A stretch of DNA of 33,019 nt from Bacteroidales bacterium (GCA_028700615.1 JAQVSH010000002.1:1-33019); one strand, 5' to 3'; counted from the first letter of the stretch, positions 8,279 through 17,760 are shown. Numbers and translations are program-made. The notes: generated from the sequence alone by a model not told the origin.

Positions 8279-8283
8279 CATAT

Positions 8284-8320
8284 AAAAAAGCTGCCATGAG
8301 AAATCACGACAGCTTTTTTT
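8284..8320. terminator. Possible bidirectional terminator between the regulator gene and mmdC
   Basis: AAAAAAGCTG...CAGCTTTTTTT: a short imperfect stem flanked by A6 and T7. Confidence 0.4.
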
Positions 8321-8343
8321 AAATGTTCAAAAAGGGTATAAAA

Positions 8344-8799
8344 CTACCCGATAATTACCAAATTAGCACCTTCAAGAACCGCAGCTCCTTTGGAAACCAA
8401 TACTTCTTTGACTTCACCATCCCGATCGCAATTAATGATGTTTTCCATCTTCATGGCCTCGAGATTAAAGAGCCTATCCCCTATTTTCACTTTATCTCCC
8501 GGCTTGCAGTAGATATCCAGAATAACTCCGGGAAGAGGAGATTTTACCGGAGTACCGGGCATAGGAGTACCCGCAGGTTTAACCACAGGCATAGAAGGAG
8601 CCGGTGTGGAAGCAGCAGGATTACCAGGAGCGACAGCACTAACGGCAGGTTTAATCAGAGGAGCAGCCTTCTTGATTTGCTTGTTCATTTCAACAGTATA
8701 AGAAGTACCATTCACTTCGACCTGAGCAATGTTGTCCTCGACATTAGCAATTACGACCGTGTAATCCTTGCCATTGATTTTATATTTATATTCTTTCAT
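8344..8799 (-). CDS. mmdC: Biotin carboxyl carrier protein of the methylmalonyl-CoA decarboxylase (gamma subunit type)
   Basis: Ala/Pro-rich linker followed by a biotinyl domain with the EAMKMEN biotinylation motif. 151 aa. Confidence 0.85.
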   Translation of the reverse strand: MKEYKYKINGKDYTVVIANVEDNIAQVEVNGTSYTVEMNKQIKKAAPLIKPAVSAVAPGNPAASTPAPSMPVVKPAGTPMPGTPVKSPLPGVILDIYCKPGDKVKIGDRLFNLEAMKMENIINCDRDGEVKEVLVSKGAAVLEGANLVIIG

Positions 8800-8826
8800 A
8801 ACGAATAATTTTTAATTTTTGATTTA

Positions 8827-9288
8827 CTAACGATGAGGGGTTTGACGCAAACCGTATATTTTAGAGCTCCAGGGAGAATAAATTCTTGCCACCCGAAGAA
8901 TTGTTAACACGGTATTTTCGACATCATGTGATTCATCCTGAAATTGATGCATTGCCATACCAATGGCAGCAAAAACTTCTCCGGAATCAGCACTTTCAGT
9001 CACCCCCCCTGCAGGGACTTCTACATTCGGCTCTGATGTACTGACGGCCATATCCTTGGACTGACTTGCAGAAGCAGAACCCTTTCTAACATATTTAAAC
9101 AACAGATAGAGAACTATTAACGCAACAAGAACACCTATCACAGTCCCGGTCATATCTCCATTCTCAGCAACAGGTTCCGCGGCGGCAGCCTGATTGGCAA
9201 GCTCATCTGTCATCTGTGAAAAGGCATTAAGTGCAGAGCCTAAAAAGAAGACAGAGAATATTCCCTTCAAAAAAATATTTTTATTCAT
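8827..9288 (-). CDS. OadG-like small membrane subunit (delta-type) of the Na+-decarboxylase
   Basis: N-terminal signal/anchor, a second TM segment (TVIGVLVALIVLYLLFKY), and a conserved C-terminal AAIGMAMHQF...YSPWSSK segment. It occupies the position of the OadG-family subunit between the alpha and biotin-carrier genes. Confidence 0.6.
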   Translation of the reverse strand: MNKNIFLKGIFSVFFLGSALNAFSQMTDELANQAAAAEPVAENGDMTGTVIGVLVALIVLYLLFKYVRKGSASASQSKDMAVSTSEPNVEVPAGGVTESADSGEVFAAIGMAMHQFQDESHDVENTVLTILRVARIYSPWSSKIYGLRQTPHR

Positions 9289-9342
9289 CCGTATAATATT
9301 TAATTTAACAATGATACATCATAACAAAAATGAATAATTCTG

Positions 9343-10896
9343 TTACAAAGGAAGATTATCATGTTTTTTGGCAGGGTTAGACAATTTTTTAGTGGCCAAT
9401 TGCTGCAATGCCCGAATAATGCGGAAACGGGTATTACGAGGTTCAATCACATCGTCAATATATCCGTATTTAGCTGCATTGTATGGATTGGCAAAGGCTT
9501 CGGTATATTGTTGTTCTTTTTCAGCAGCACAGCCTTTGGGATCTTGGGATGCAGCAATTTCTTTGCTGTACAGTACCTCAATCGCTCCGGAAGCTCCCAT
9601 AACGGCAATCTCAGCAGAAGGCCATGCATAGTTGATATCCCCGCGAAGATGTTTTGAACTCATCACACAATAAGCTCCACCATATGACTTACGCAAGGTA
9701 ACGGTAACTTTGGGAACAGTAGCTTCTCCGTAGGCATACAGAAGTTTCGCCCCATGAAGAATAATTCCGCCATATTCCTGCTGGGTTCCCGGAAGAAATC
9801 CCGGAACATCCACCAAAGTAACCAAAGGAATATTAAAAGCATCACAGAAACGGACAAAACGAGCCGCCTTTCTGGAAGAGTTAATATCTAAAACGCCGGC
9901 AAGATACTTGGGCTGATTGGCCACAATACCCACAGACATTCCGTTGAAACGGGCAAATCCGACAATAATATTGGGGGCATAGGTTTTGTGAACTTCCAGA
10001 AATTCTCCATTATCCACAATAGATCCTATGATATCATACATATCATAAGGTTTATTTGGACTATCAGGAATCAGGTCATTCAAAGCATCTTCCAGACGAT
10101 CCACAGGATCATTGCATTCGATCGCAGGAGCTTCTTCCAGATTATTGGAAGGCAAATAACTCAAAAGTTTGCGAATCAGGAGAAGTCCATCTTCTTCTGT
10201 TTCTGCAGCAAAATGGGATACACCAGACTTGGTGGAGTGAATACTGGCTCCGCCCAGTTGTTCCTGGGTTACGTCTTCTCCGGTTACAGCTTTGACAACT
10301 TTAGGACCGGTAAGGAACATATAGCTGGTTCCTTTCAGCATAATATTAAAGTCAGTCAGTGCAGGAGAGTATACAGCACCTCCGGCACAAGGACCAAAAA
10401 TGGCGGAAATCTGGGGGATCACACCTGAAGCCAGAATATTTCTCTGGAAAATCTCGGCATAACCTGCCAGCGCGTTTACACCTTCCTGAATACGAGCGCC
10501 TCCGGAATCATTGATACCGATCATAGGAGCACCCATCTTCATAGCCTGATCCAACACTTTACAAATCTTCAAAGCCATAGTTTCAGACAAAGACCCTCCA
10601 AAAATGGTAAAGTCCTGTGCATATATATAAACTAACCGTCCGTCAATCGTACCGTATCCTGTAACAACACCGTCTCCGAAATATTTTTCTTTTTCCAGAC
10701 CAAAATTGGTACAACGATGTTCTACAAACATATCAAATTCTTCAAAGCTACCTTCATCAAGCAACATGGCAATCCGTTCTCTGGCAGTATATTTGCCTTT
10801 TTTATGCTGTGATTCAATTCGCTTTTCTCCTCCCCCCAAACGGGCTTTTTCCCGCATTGTGGTAAGTTGTTTTACTTTCTCAAGCTGACTACTCAT
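9343..10896 (-). CDS. mmdA: Methylmalonyl-CoA decarboxylase alpha subunit / acyl-CoA carboxyltransferase (propionyl-CoA carboxylase beta-chain family)
   Basis: 517 aa with two crotonase-like carboxyltransferase halves. Motifs include [34 protein letters not shown] and [15 protein letters not shown]. Confidence 0.9.
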   Translation of the reverse strand: MSSQLEKVKQLTTMREKARLGGGEKRIESQHKKGKYTARERIAMLLDEGSFEEFDMFVEHRCTNFGLEKEKYFGDGVVTGYGTIDGRLVYIYAQDFTIFGGSLSETMALKICKVLDQAMKMGAPMIGINDSGGARIQEGVNALAGYAEIFQRNILASGVIPQISAIFGPCAGGAVYSPALTDFNIMLKGTSYMFLTGPKVVKAVTGEDVTQEQLGGASIHSTKSGVSHFAAETEEDGLLLIRKLLSYLPSNNLEEAPAIECNDPVDRLEDALNDLIPDSPNKPYDMYDIIGSIVDNGEFLEVHKTYAPNIIVGFARFNGMSVGIVANQPKYLAGVLDINSSRKAARFVRFCDAFNIPLVTLVDVPGFLPGTQQEYGGIILHGAKLLYAYGEATVPKVTVTLRKSYGGAYCVMSSKHLRGDINYAWPSAEIAVMGASGAIEVLYSKEIAASQDPKGCAAEKEQQYTEAFANPYNAAKYGYIDDVIEPRNTRFRIIRALQQLATKKLSNPAKKHDNLPL

Positions 10897-10932
10897 AATA
10901 ACTGTTATTGGTGACTATTAATGAATAAGAAA

Positions 10933-11334
10933 TTATTTTTCACAAAGTTCTGTCAGAACCCCCATCGTGGATTTGGGATGAAGGAACGCAATATTTAATC
11001 CTTCAGCGCCTTTACGGGGAGCCTGATCTATGAGCCGGACTCCTTTTTCAGCGGCTTCATTCAGCGCTGACTGGACTCCTTCGGTAGCGAAAGCCACATG
11101 ATGGACTCCCTCTCCTTTTTTCTCCAAAAATTTACCAATAGGACCTTCCGGATCTGTAGATTCCAACAATTCGATTTTGGTCTGTCCTACCATAAAAAAT
11201 GCTGTTTTTACTTTTTGATCGGCCACTTCCTCCACGCTATAACATTTTAAGCCCAATACTCCTTCATAATAGGGGATAGCTTTTTCAAGAGATTCAACCG
11301 CAATGCCGATGTGTTCAATATGTGATATTTTCAT
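10933..11334 (-). CDS. mce: Methylmalonyl-CoA epimerase (VOC/glyoxalase fold)
   Basis: IEHIGIAV...ELLE...GPI.KFLEKKGEGVHHVAF...G.RLID..PR.GA.G..IAFLHPKS..GVL.EL is the typical epimerase pattern. First gene of the mmd cluster. Confidence 0.85.
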   Translation of the reverse strand: MKISHIEHIGIAVESLEKAIPYYEGVLGLKCYSVEEVADQKVKTAFFMVGQTKIELLESTDPEGPIGKFLEKKGEGVHHVAFATEGVQSALNEAAEKGVRLIDQAPRKGAEGLNIAFLHPKSTMGVLTELCEK

Positions 11335-11434
11335 TTTATGTTAATTAAAAAAACATTGTTTCCGAAAAAGAGAAGCACTCTTTCCCGACCTTATCACCGT
11401 AGAAAGAGAGTACATATACCGAAAAAATGAAGAG

Positions 11435-11442
11435 CAAAGGTA
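11435..11442 (-). promoter_or_regulatory. Candidate -7 box for the mce-mmdA-mmdC cluster
   Basis: The minus strand reads TACCTTTG (a TAnnTTTG match), about 100 nt upstream of the mce ATG. Confidence 0.3.
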
Positions 11443-11589
11443 TGAAAATAAATAATGCGCTGTATCTTTTCTTCTCTTTCGCGCAGAATATTTTGCATGT
11501 TATCGGGCAGTTTATATATTATAGTATTTTTTAGTACTTTTACTTATGCTTATTATTTTATATTTTATATCAACTTCAAATACTACACA

Positions 11590-12963
11590 ATGAGAAACAC
11601 ACTTAACAGACGTCAGTTCCTGTCCAGTGCCGCAATTATTGGTGCAGCGGGCGCTACCGGAGCCGGGTCTCTGCTTACTTCATGCAGCGGAGGATCCAAA
11701 ACTCAGGAGTTAATTCCTTTGAAACCTGCCGATCAATTGTATATTCCCACCCTTACGGATAAAGCCGCAGAGGGTAAACCTCTCCGTGCCGGCATCATCG
11801 GTTGCGGCGGACGCGGATCGGGAGCCACCATGAACTTTCTTGCAGCTGCTGACAACCTGACCATTTCTGCCCTTTGCGATACTTTTCAGGATAAACTAGA
11901 CAATTTGAAGGGTCAGTTAAAAGAAAAGAAAGGGATTGAAGTACCAGATGCCAATTGTTTTGTAGGGTTCGATGGCTTTCAGAAACTCATTGATTGCCCT
12001 GATGTGGATGTCGTGATCATGGCAACGCCTCCGGTATTCCGTCCCCTCCATTTTAAAGCCTGTGTGGATGCAGGAAAACATTGTTTTATTGAAAAACCGA
12101 TTGCTGTTGACCCGGTCGGGGCCCGCATTATCCTCACTGCTGCCAAACAAGCCGAAGCCAAAGGTCTTTGCGTTGTCACCGGAACCCAGCGTCATCACCA
12201 AAGATCTTATGTAGAAGCTTACAAACAGGTTCAGAGCGGATTGATCGGAGAACTTACCGGAGCCAATGTGTACTGGAATCAGAATATGTTATGGTATCGT
12301 ACCAAAGAAGCGGCATGGACCAATATGGAATGGATGATCCGCGACTGGGTCAACTGGACCTGGCTTTCAGGAGACCACATTGTGGAACAACACGTTCACA
12401 ATATTGACGTTTTCACATGGTTCTCCGGGAAGAAGCCCATTAAGGCGGTGGCTTTCGGATCTCGTCAACGTCGTCTCACCGGAAATCAGTACGATAATTT
12501 CAGTGTCGATTTCACTTATGAAGGAGGTATTCATGTTCACAGCATGTGTCGTCAGATTGACGGATGTGCCGGAAACGTATCCGAATTTATTCAGGGATCA
12601 AAAGGTTCCTTCGACAGCAGCGATATGACCATCCGCGATCTTGCCGGAAATATCCTGTGGCAATATGATAAAGAAACTGAAAAACAATTTCAGCAAAATG
12701 ATCCTTATACTCTGGAACATGTAAACTGGATCACCCATATCAGAAGCGGACAACCGATATGTCAGGCTGAAGAAACCGCCAATTCCTGTATTGCCGCAGT
12801 CATGGGGAGAGAATCTGCATACACCGGTAAAGAAGTTACCTGGGATGAAATGATGAGTTCAACCATGGACCTGATGCCTGCAGAACTGGCTATGGACAAT
12901 TCCATTGATCCGGCGTCCTTCAAAGTACCGGTTCCGGGTTCTGAGCCAAAAGCAAAGGCTTGA
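11590..12963 (+). CDS. Tat-exported lipoprotein, Gfo/Idh/MocA-family NAD(P)-binding oxidoreductase (GH109-like architecture possible)
   Basis: The start is moved to the ATG at 11590. The protein begins MRNTLNRRQFLSSAAIIGAAGATGAGSLLTSCSG, a twin-arginine motif plus lipobox Cys. The Rossmann motif is GIIGCGGRGSGA. The 45-codon extension from 11455 is Phe/Tyr-rich, AT-driven and implausible. Confidence 0.8.
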   Translation: MRNTLNRRQFLSSAAIIGAAGATGAGSLLTSCSGGSKTQELIPLKPADQLYIPTLTDKAAEGKPLRAGIIGCGGRGSGATMNFLAAADNLTISALCDTFQDKLDNLKGQLKEKKGIEVPDANCFVGFDGFQKLIDCPDVDVVIMATPPVFRPLHFKACVDAGKHCFIEKPIAVDPVGARIILTAAKQAEAKGLCVVTGTQRHHQRSYVEAYKQVQSGLIGELTGANVYWNQNMLWYRTKEAAWTNMEWMIRDWVNWTWLSGDHIVEQHVHNIDVFTWFSGKKPIKAVAFGSRQRRLTGNQYDNFSVDFTYEGGIHVHSMCRQIDGCAGNVSEFIQGSKGSFDSSDMTIRDLAGNILWQYDKETEKQFQQNDPYTLEHVNWITHIRSGQPICQAEETANSCIAAVMGRESAYTGKEVTWDEMMSSTMDLMPAELAMDNSIDPASFKVPVPGSEPKAKA

Positions 12964-12984
12964 TCTTTAATCTACACATACAAA

Positions 12985-13014
12985 CAAAGCGGTCCGGAAT
13001 TCCGGACCGCTTTG
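12985..13014. terminator. Bidirectional terminator, perfect 30-nt palindrome, between the oxidoreductase gene and miaB
   Basis: CAAAGCGGTCCGGAATTCCGGACCGCTTTG has all 15 positions self-complementary, followed by TTTT. It ends 3 nt before the miaB stop codon. Confidence 0.8.
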
Positions 13015-13016
13015 TT

Positions 13017-14345
13017 TTATCTTACAACCTTTCCCAGCAAGGTCGCCGGAGTAGATCCGGTCACCAGCACACGGACATAATCTCCTGCATGGTATTGTTC
13101 ACGGGGAAAAACAACTACCCTGTTTTGTGAGGTCCTTCCGAAAAGTTCTTCCCGGGATCTTTTGGAAAACCCCTCAGCCAACACTTCCACTGTTTTTCCA
13201 AGGTCTTGTTTCTTGACTTCTGCTGAGATTATACTCTGAAGATCAATAATCTCCTGCAATCTTCTGCCCTTGACTTCTTCGGGAATATCGTCCTTGTAAT
13301 GTCTGGAAGCATAGGTTTTAGGCCGTTCGGAATATTTAAACATAAATGCCAGGTCATACCTTACCTCTTTCATTAATGAAAGGGTCTCCTGATGTTCCTC
13401 TTCCGTTTCTCCGCAAAATCCGGCAATCAGATCCGTGGACAGAGTCGCTTCCGGCAAAATGCGGCGGATAGAAGCTATTTTGTCCAGATACCATTCCCGG
13501 GTATATTCTCTTTTCATTCTTTGCAGGACGGCCGAGCTTCCCGACTGCACCGGCAAATGAATACTTTTACAGATATTGTCATAACGAGCCATCGCATGTA
13601 GCACCTCTTCACTCATGTCCTTAGGATGAGATGTTGAGAAGCGAACCCTCAGCAGAGGATTGATTTCGGCTACCCGACTCAGGAGTTGGGCAAAAGAAAC
13701 CCCGTTCCAATCATAAGAATCTACATTTTGACCGAGCAGAGTCACTTCTTTATAACCCATATCTGACAATTCCTGAACCTCACGAAGAATCGTACCGGCA
13801 TCCCTGCTTCTTTCTCCTCCGCGGGTATAGGGGACAATACAATAAGCGCACATATTGTTACAACCCCGCATAATGGAAACAAAAGAAGAAACCTTATTCT
13901 TGTCAAGGCGGACAGGGCTGATGTCGGCATAGGTTTCCTCCATGGAAAGCAACACATTCATGGCCTGTTGTCCGGATCCCGCGGTTCTGAGAAGATTGGG
14001 GAGATCCCGGTAAGCATCGGGGCCTGCCACCAGATCAAGAGATTTTACTTCCTCCAGCAGTTTTTCTTTAAGCCGCTCGGCCATACATCCGATAATGCCT
14101 ATCAATAATTGAGGCCGTTTCTTTTTCTCCTGACGGAAAACATCCAGCCGGTTGCGGATTTTTTGTTCGGCATTATCCCGGATGGCACAGGTATTGATGA
14201 GGATCAGGTCGGCTTGTCCATAGGAATGAACAGTAACATATCCGGCATCCTTAAGAATAGAAGCAACCACCTCGCTGTCACTGACATTCATCTGACAGCC
14301 ATAGGTTTCTATATAAACCTTTAAAGAAGTATCCAGTTTAATCAT
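13017..14345 (-). CDS. miaB: tRNA-2-methylthio-N6-dimethylallyladenosine synthase (radical SAM methylthiotransferase)
   Basis: N-terminal KVYIETYGCQMNVSDSE...NTCAIRDNAE, radical-SAM CxxxCxxC (CNNMCAYC), and a C-terminal TRAM domain. Confidence 0.9.
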   Translation of the reverse strand: MIKLDTSLKVYIETYGCQMNVSDSEVVASILKDAGYVTVHSYGQADLILINTCAIRDNAEQKIRNRLDVFRQEKKKRPQLLIGIIGCMAERLKEKLLEEVKSLDLVAGPDAYRDLPNLLRTAGSGQQAMNVLLSMEETYADISPVRLDKNKVSSFVSIMRGCNNMCAYCIVPYTRGGERSRDAGTILREVQELSDMGYKEVTLLGQNVDSYDWNGVSFAQLLSRVAEINPLLRVRFSTSHPKDMSEEVLHAMARYDNICKSIHLPVQSGSSAVLQRMKREYTREWYLDKIASIRRILPEATLSTDLIAGFCGETEEEHQETLSLMKEVRYDLAFMFKYSERPKTYASRHYKDDIPEEVKGRRLQEIIDLQSIISAEVKKQDLGKTVEVLAEGFSKRSREELFGRTSQNRVVVFPREQYHAGDYVRVLVTGSTPATLLGKVVR

Positions 14346-14538
14346 TCATCTGATCCATAATATGCTGCACTTTTTCCTGAGCCGTGCGTAATTTATCTTT
14401 ACAATGCTGCAAGAGCTCGGTAACCCTCTTGGCTTTCAGAGAAAGATCATCTACATCCGGTTCTCCGGATTCCATTTCCCGCAGGATGGATTCCATCTCT
14501 GTCAGGGCCTGCTGATAGGTCATGTCCTTTACTTCCAT
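14338..14538 (-). CDS. xseB: Exodeoxyribonuclease VII small subunit
   Basis: 66-aa helical protein. YQQALTEMESILREMESGEPDVDDLSLKAKRVTELLQHCKDKLRTAQEKV fits the XseB pattern. It overlaps the miaB start by 8 nt (ATGATTAA). Confidence 0.7.
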   Translation of the reverse strand: MEVKDMTYQQALTEMESILREMESGEPDVDDLSLKAKRVTELLQHCKDKLRTAQEKVQHIMDQMND

Positions 14539-14571
14539 ATTTACAGGTATTTATAAGAATTCAACAGAGAA

Positions 14572-15150
14572 CTATTGTTCTACCGAAAGCAATTTTTTAT
14601 ATATCTGAAGGCAAATCCATGCATCTGTAGCAGCATAACGTTTTTGGGTTTCCAACAACTCAGGAGATTCCCAATTGGACAATTGTTGTGATTTGGAGAT
14701 ACGATGACCCAGAATAATCCCGGAAAGTTTAGAAAGTCCCTTACTCTCAATACCATAAGATTTAACAAAATCCTGCAAATCAAGAAATCCGGCGGCACGA
14801 AAAGGAGTAATTTTTCTAAGAATATCTATATCATGCTTAATCGCCACCCCAACTTTCAACACAGAAGCATCTGCCAAAAGATCGGCAAGAGACTGGGGAA
14901 TTCCGGTTTTATGAATGCGAAACAAAAAAACCTCTTGATCAACAGCGAGTTGCAGAAGAGAAACCTGATAGGTCAACCCTTTGGTAAAAGCAGGACGGGT
15001 CTCCGTATCAAACCCCAGCACGGTATATTTTCTTAAACGCTGAACCATTTCATCAACCTGCTCCGCACGATCAACGACAACAACGGTTTGATCAAATTGG
15101 AGCAGCGGTAAATCCTGTAAATCTTCTTTAGAAAGAACCGGTATAAACAT
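14572..15150 (-). CDS. DEDD-family 3'-5' exonuclease (RNase D / WRN-exonuclease-like, DNA_pol_A_exo1 fold)
   Basis: Exo I is GFDTETRP and Exo III is YAATDAW. The start is set at the ATG at 15150 (MFIPVLSKEDL...), 10 nt after the upstream stop. The 15216 start would overlap the upstream gene by 56 nt and adds a Lys-rich junk extension. Confidence 0.75.
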   Translation of the reverse strand: MFIPVLSKEDLQDLPLLQFDQTVVVVDRAEQVDEMVQRLRKYTVLGFDTETRPAFTKGLTYQVSLLQLAVDQEVFLFRIHKTGIPQSLADLLADASVLKVGVAIKHDIDILRKITPFRAAGFLDLQDFVKSYGIESKGLSKLSGIILGHRISKSQQLSNWESPELLETQKRYAATDAWICLQIYKKLLSVEQ

Positions 15151-15160
15151 TATGTCAAAA

Positions 15161-15814
15161 TTATATTTCTTTTTCTTCCGAGAAATCTTCCATTTCTTCC
15201 GGATCAAAATCTTCATCCTCTACAGATTCCTCCGCAGATTCCTCTAAAGACTCCTCCAACAGGTCTGCAGAAGCAGGAACAAAACAAAATTCATGCAACA
15301 CCCTGAGTATTTCAACCAGATGGATTCCCCAGGAAGCGCTGAAATGATCCGCACATATTTTAATGGAATCATTCATACTTTCCAGGGTTCCCTGTTTATA
15401 CCATAAAGAAAAGTTTTTCAATTCCAGATATAGATCCGACAATGACTCCGAAAGGCTTTTACGAACAATCATGTATTGACGGCCGGAAGGATTGAGACCC
15501 ACCGTAGGATAAGAATCCCGGGAAGCGCAGATCGTTTTAAGGAGGATCCCTATTTTTCTGATTTCCCTATCTCCTATCAACTGTTCTTCATCCGCAGAAT
15601 ACATAACCTCAATTTGGGGAAGAGAAAGAGCCCTCAAATAAATCTTAGGAAAGAGGTTGAGCATTTTTTCAAAGAATTCTTCAGAAGAAAGATGTCCGCT
15701 TTCCTCAACCCATTGGCAATACAAATCTGAAAGTATGAGAAATTCTTTGACTTTCTGTGAAATGAGTTCTTCAATTTTTGCCATAGCCGATAAAATAACT
15801 CTGTGGAGGGGCAA
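15161..15814 (-). CDS. Hypothetical helical protein, DUF5063-like, with a strongly acidic C-terminal tail
   Basis: LSESLSDLYLELKNF...WG.HLVEILRVLHEF resembles my recollection of the Bacteroidota DUF5063 family, which I could not verify. The tail is EESLEESAEESVEDEDFDPEEMEDFSEEKEI. An alternative start at 15784 (MAKIEEL) is possible. Confidence 0.55.
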   Translation of the reverse strand: MPLHRVILSAMAKIEELISQKVKEFLILSDLYCQWVEESGHLSSEEFFEKMLNLFPKIYLRALSLPQIEVMYSADEEQLIGDREIRKIGILLKTICASRDSYPTVGLNPSGRQYMIVRKSLSESLSDLYLELKNFSLWYKQGTLESMNDSIKICADHFSASWGIHLVEILRVLHEFCFVPASADLLEESLEESAEESVEDEDFDPEEMEDFSEEKEI

Positions 15815-15827
15815 AGGTAAGCGTTCC

Positions 15828-17726
15828 TCAAATAATTTCCAATTCTCCTGATTCGCTTAATCTGAGTTTTTCCTGATCTATCATCCATCTGAGCGTAGAG
15901 AGAATCTTTTCTTCCGGATAGTTTAGTTTCTGCACTATATCTCCTGAACGGGCAGGGTTCTTCCGTATAATATCCGCTATCGCCTCCTGAATAGACTCCA
16001 TCTCAAAATAACTAAGGCCAGACTCCGTCTTTTTCATACAAACATCACAATGTCCGCACAACGGAGCCCCCGATTGGCCAAAATAGCGTAACAATGAACG
16101 ACTCCTGCAAATCGGTTCTGTAGCATAAGCAAGCATGGCATCAATTCTCAGGGAGAAGTGTTCTTTTCTGATTTTCAGGTTATCTTTAGAAATCATCACA
16201 AAAGCATCCTCTACCCTGGGAACCAGATAAGTAATCACAGGCATATTCCGGAGAGGAATGTACCTGATAATATGCAAAGCGTCCAGTCGGTTCAGGTATT
16301 CATAAACTGTTTCCACAGGAACCTTTGCACGGGCGGATAATTCTTGTTCGTAAATGCTGGTATATTCGGAGAACAGGCCTGTGTATGAGCGAAGCAAAAG
16401 CTTGATAAAACTATCAAACCCGGCATTCATTACCTGAAAACGGTACAAATCATCCCGGTTCACAATGAAGAGTACTTTTGCAGTACTATAAGTATCCTCG
16501 GTAAGCTGAAGATAACCTTCCCGCTCAATGATTTTCAGCGCATTATAAACCATAAGGGAATCCAGCTTATAGGCCATACAAAAAGATTTCAGGTTAAAGT
16601 TCAGGGGAATATCCTTCCCTCCCCCGTATGGGACCTGAAGAAAACTGCTCAAAGCACCGTATACTTTTCTGATGTATGCAAGATCGGGAAACTGAGATGT
16701 AATCCTCCGGTGTAAAGTAGCTTTGTCCGAAGGATGATAAAGCAATACAGCCCATGCAGGTTTTAAATCCCGCCCCGCCCGTCCGGCTTCCTGAAAATAA
16801 GCCTCTGGGGAGTCGGGCAAATCCAGATGAACCACATAACGGACATCGGCTTTATCAATTCCCATCCCAAAAGCATTGGTTGCTACCATGACCCCGGTTT
16901 TTCCGGTTGACCAGTTTGTTTGTTTTTCGGTACGCAATTCATCACTCAGTCCGGCATGATAAAAATCGGCATTGATTCCCTGTTGTTGAAGAAACTGTGC
17001 GATTTCACGGGTCTTTTTCCGACTCCTGACATAAATCAGCCCCGATCCGGCCGCTTTACGGTGTATTTTTAGTACATAACTCAGTTTATCTTCTGTCTGG
17101 CGTACAATATAGGAAAGATTGGGACGCTCAAAACTCATGGAAAAAAGATTGTTCGAAGTAAACTTGAGCTTTTTCTGAATATCTTCCGCCACCTCGGGAG
17201 TTGCAGTGGCGGTAACGGCCAGAACCGGGATCCCCGGTAAAATCTCTCTCAGTTGGGAGATCTGAAGATAAGAAGGGCGAAAATCATATCCCCATTGGGA
17301 AATACAATGCGCTTCGTCTACCGCAATCAGACAGATATTCATCTGAAGTACCTTCGCACGAAAAAGATCTGTAGTCAGACGTTCTGGAGACAAATAGAGA
17401 AATTTGTAATCTCCGAATATACAGTTGGTAAGATTAATATCTATCTCCTCAAAGGTCATTCCGGAATAAATCATGGTGGCTTTGATATCCCGCTTCTTCA
17501 GATCATCTACCTGATCTTTCATCAAAGCAATCAGGGGAGTAATAACCAGACACAGACCATTCATAGCCAGGGCCGGAATCTGATAGGTCAGAGATTTCCC
17601 ACCGCCGGTAGGCATCAGGGCAAGAGTATCTTTCCCTTCCAATACCGAACGAATAATTTTCTCCTGTAAGGGCCTGAATTTCTTATATCCCCAATATTTT
17701 TCAAGCAGTTGATAGATCATCATCAA
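15828..17726 (-). CDS. recQ: RecQ-family ATP-dependent DNA helicase
   Basis: FRPLQEKII, Walker A MPTGGGKS, DEAH box (VDEAHCISQWGYDFRP), and a RecQ zinc-binding Cys cluster (CRS...CGHCDVC). 632 aa with no obvious HRDC. Confidence 0.9.
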   Translation of the reverse strand: MMMIYQLLEKYWGYKKFRPLQEKIIRSVLEGKDTLALMPTGGGKSLTYQIPALAMNGLCLVITPLIALMKDQVDDLKKRDIKATMIYSGMTFEEIDINLTNCIFGDYKFLYLSPERLTTDLFRAKVLQMNICLIAVDEAHCISQWGYDFRPSYLQISQLREILPGIPVLAVTATATPEVAEDIQKKLKFTSNNLFSMSFERPNLSYIVRQTEDKLSYVLKIHRKAAGSGLIYVRSRKKTREIAQFLQQQGINADFYHAGLSDELRTEKQTNWSTGKTGVMVATNAFGMGIDKADVRYVVHLDLPDSPEAYFQEAGRAGRDLKPAWAVLLYHPSDKATLHRRITSQFPDLAYIRKVYGALSSFLQVPYGGGKDIPLNFNLKSFCMAYKLDSLMVYNALKIIEREGYLQLTEDTYSTAKVLFIVNRDDLYRFQVMNAGFDSFIKLLLRSYTGLFSEYTSIYEQELSARAKVPVETVYEYLNRLDALHIIRYIPLRNMPVITYLVPRVEDAFVMISKDNLKIRKEHFSLRIDAMLAYATEPICRSRSLLRYFGQSGAPLCGHCDVCMKKTESGLSYFEMESIQEAIADIIRKNPARSGDIVQKLNYPEEKILSTLRWMIDQEKLRLSESGELEII

Positions 17727-17752
17727 AAGATCCCGGTTAACCCTGTTTGGTA

Positions 17753-17760
17753 CAAAGATA
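17753..17760 (-). promoter_or_regulatory. Candidate -7 box for recQ
   Basis: The minus strand reads TATCTTTG (a TAnnTTTG match), ending 27 nt upstream of the recQ ATG. Confidence 0.35.

Noticed and set aside
838-8343. Idea that the 7.5-kb block separating mmdB from mmdC is a mobile insertion
   Set aside because: The block contains essential housekeeping genes (dnaX, rpsF, rpsR, rplI). It has no integrase or transposase, no flanking direct or inverted repeats that I could find, and backbone-like composition. Ancient rearrangement is more likely.
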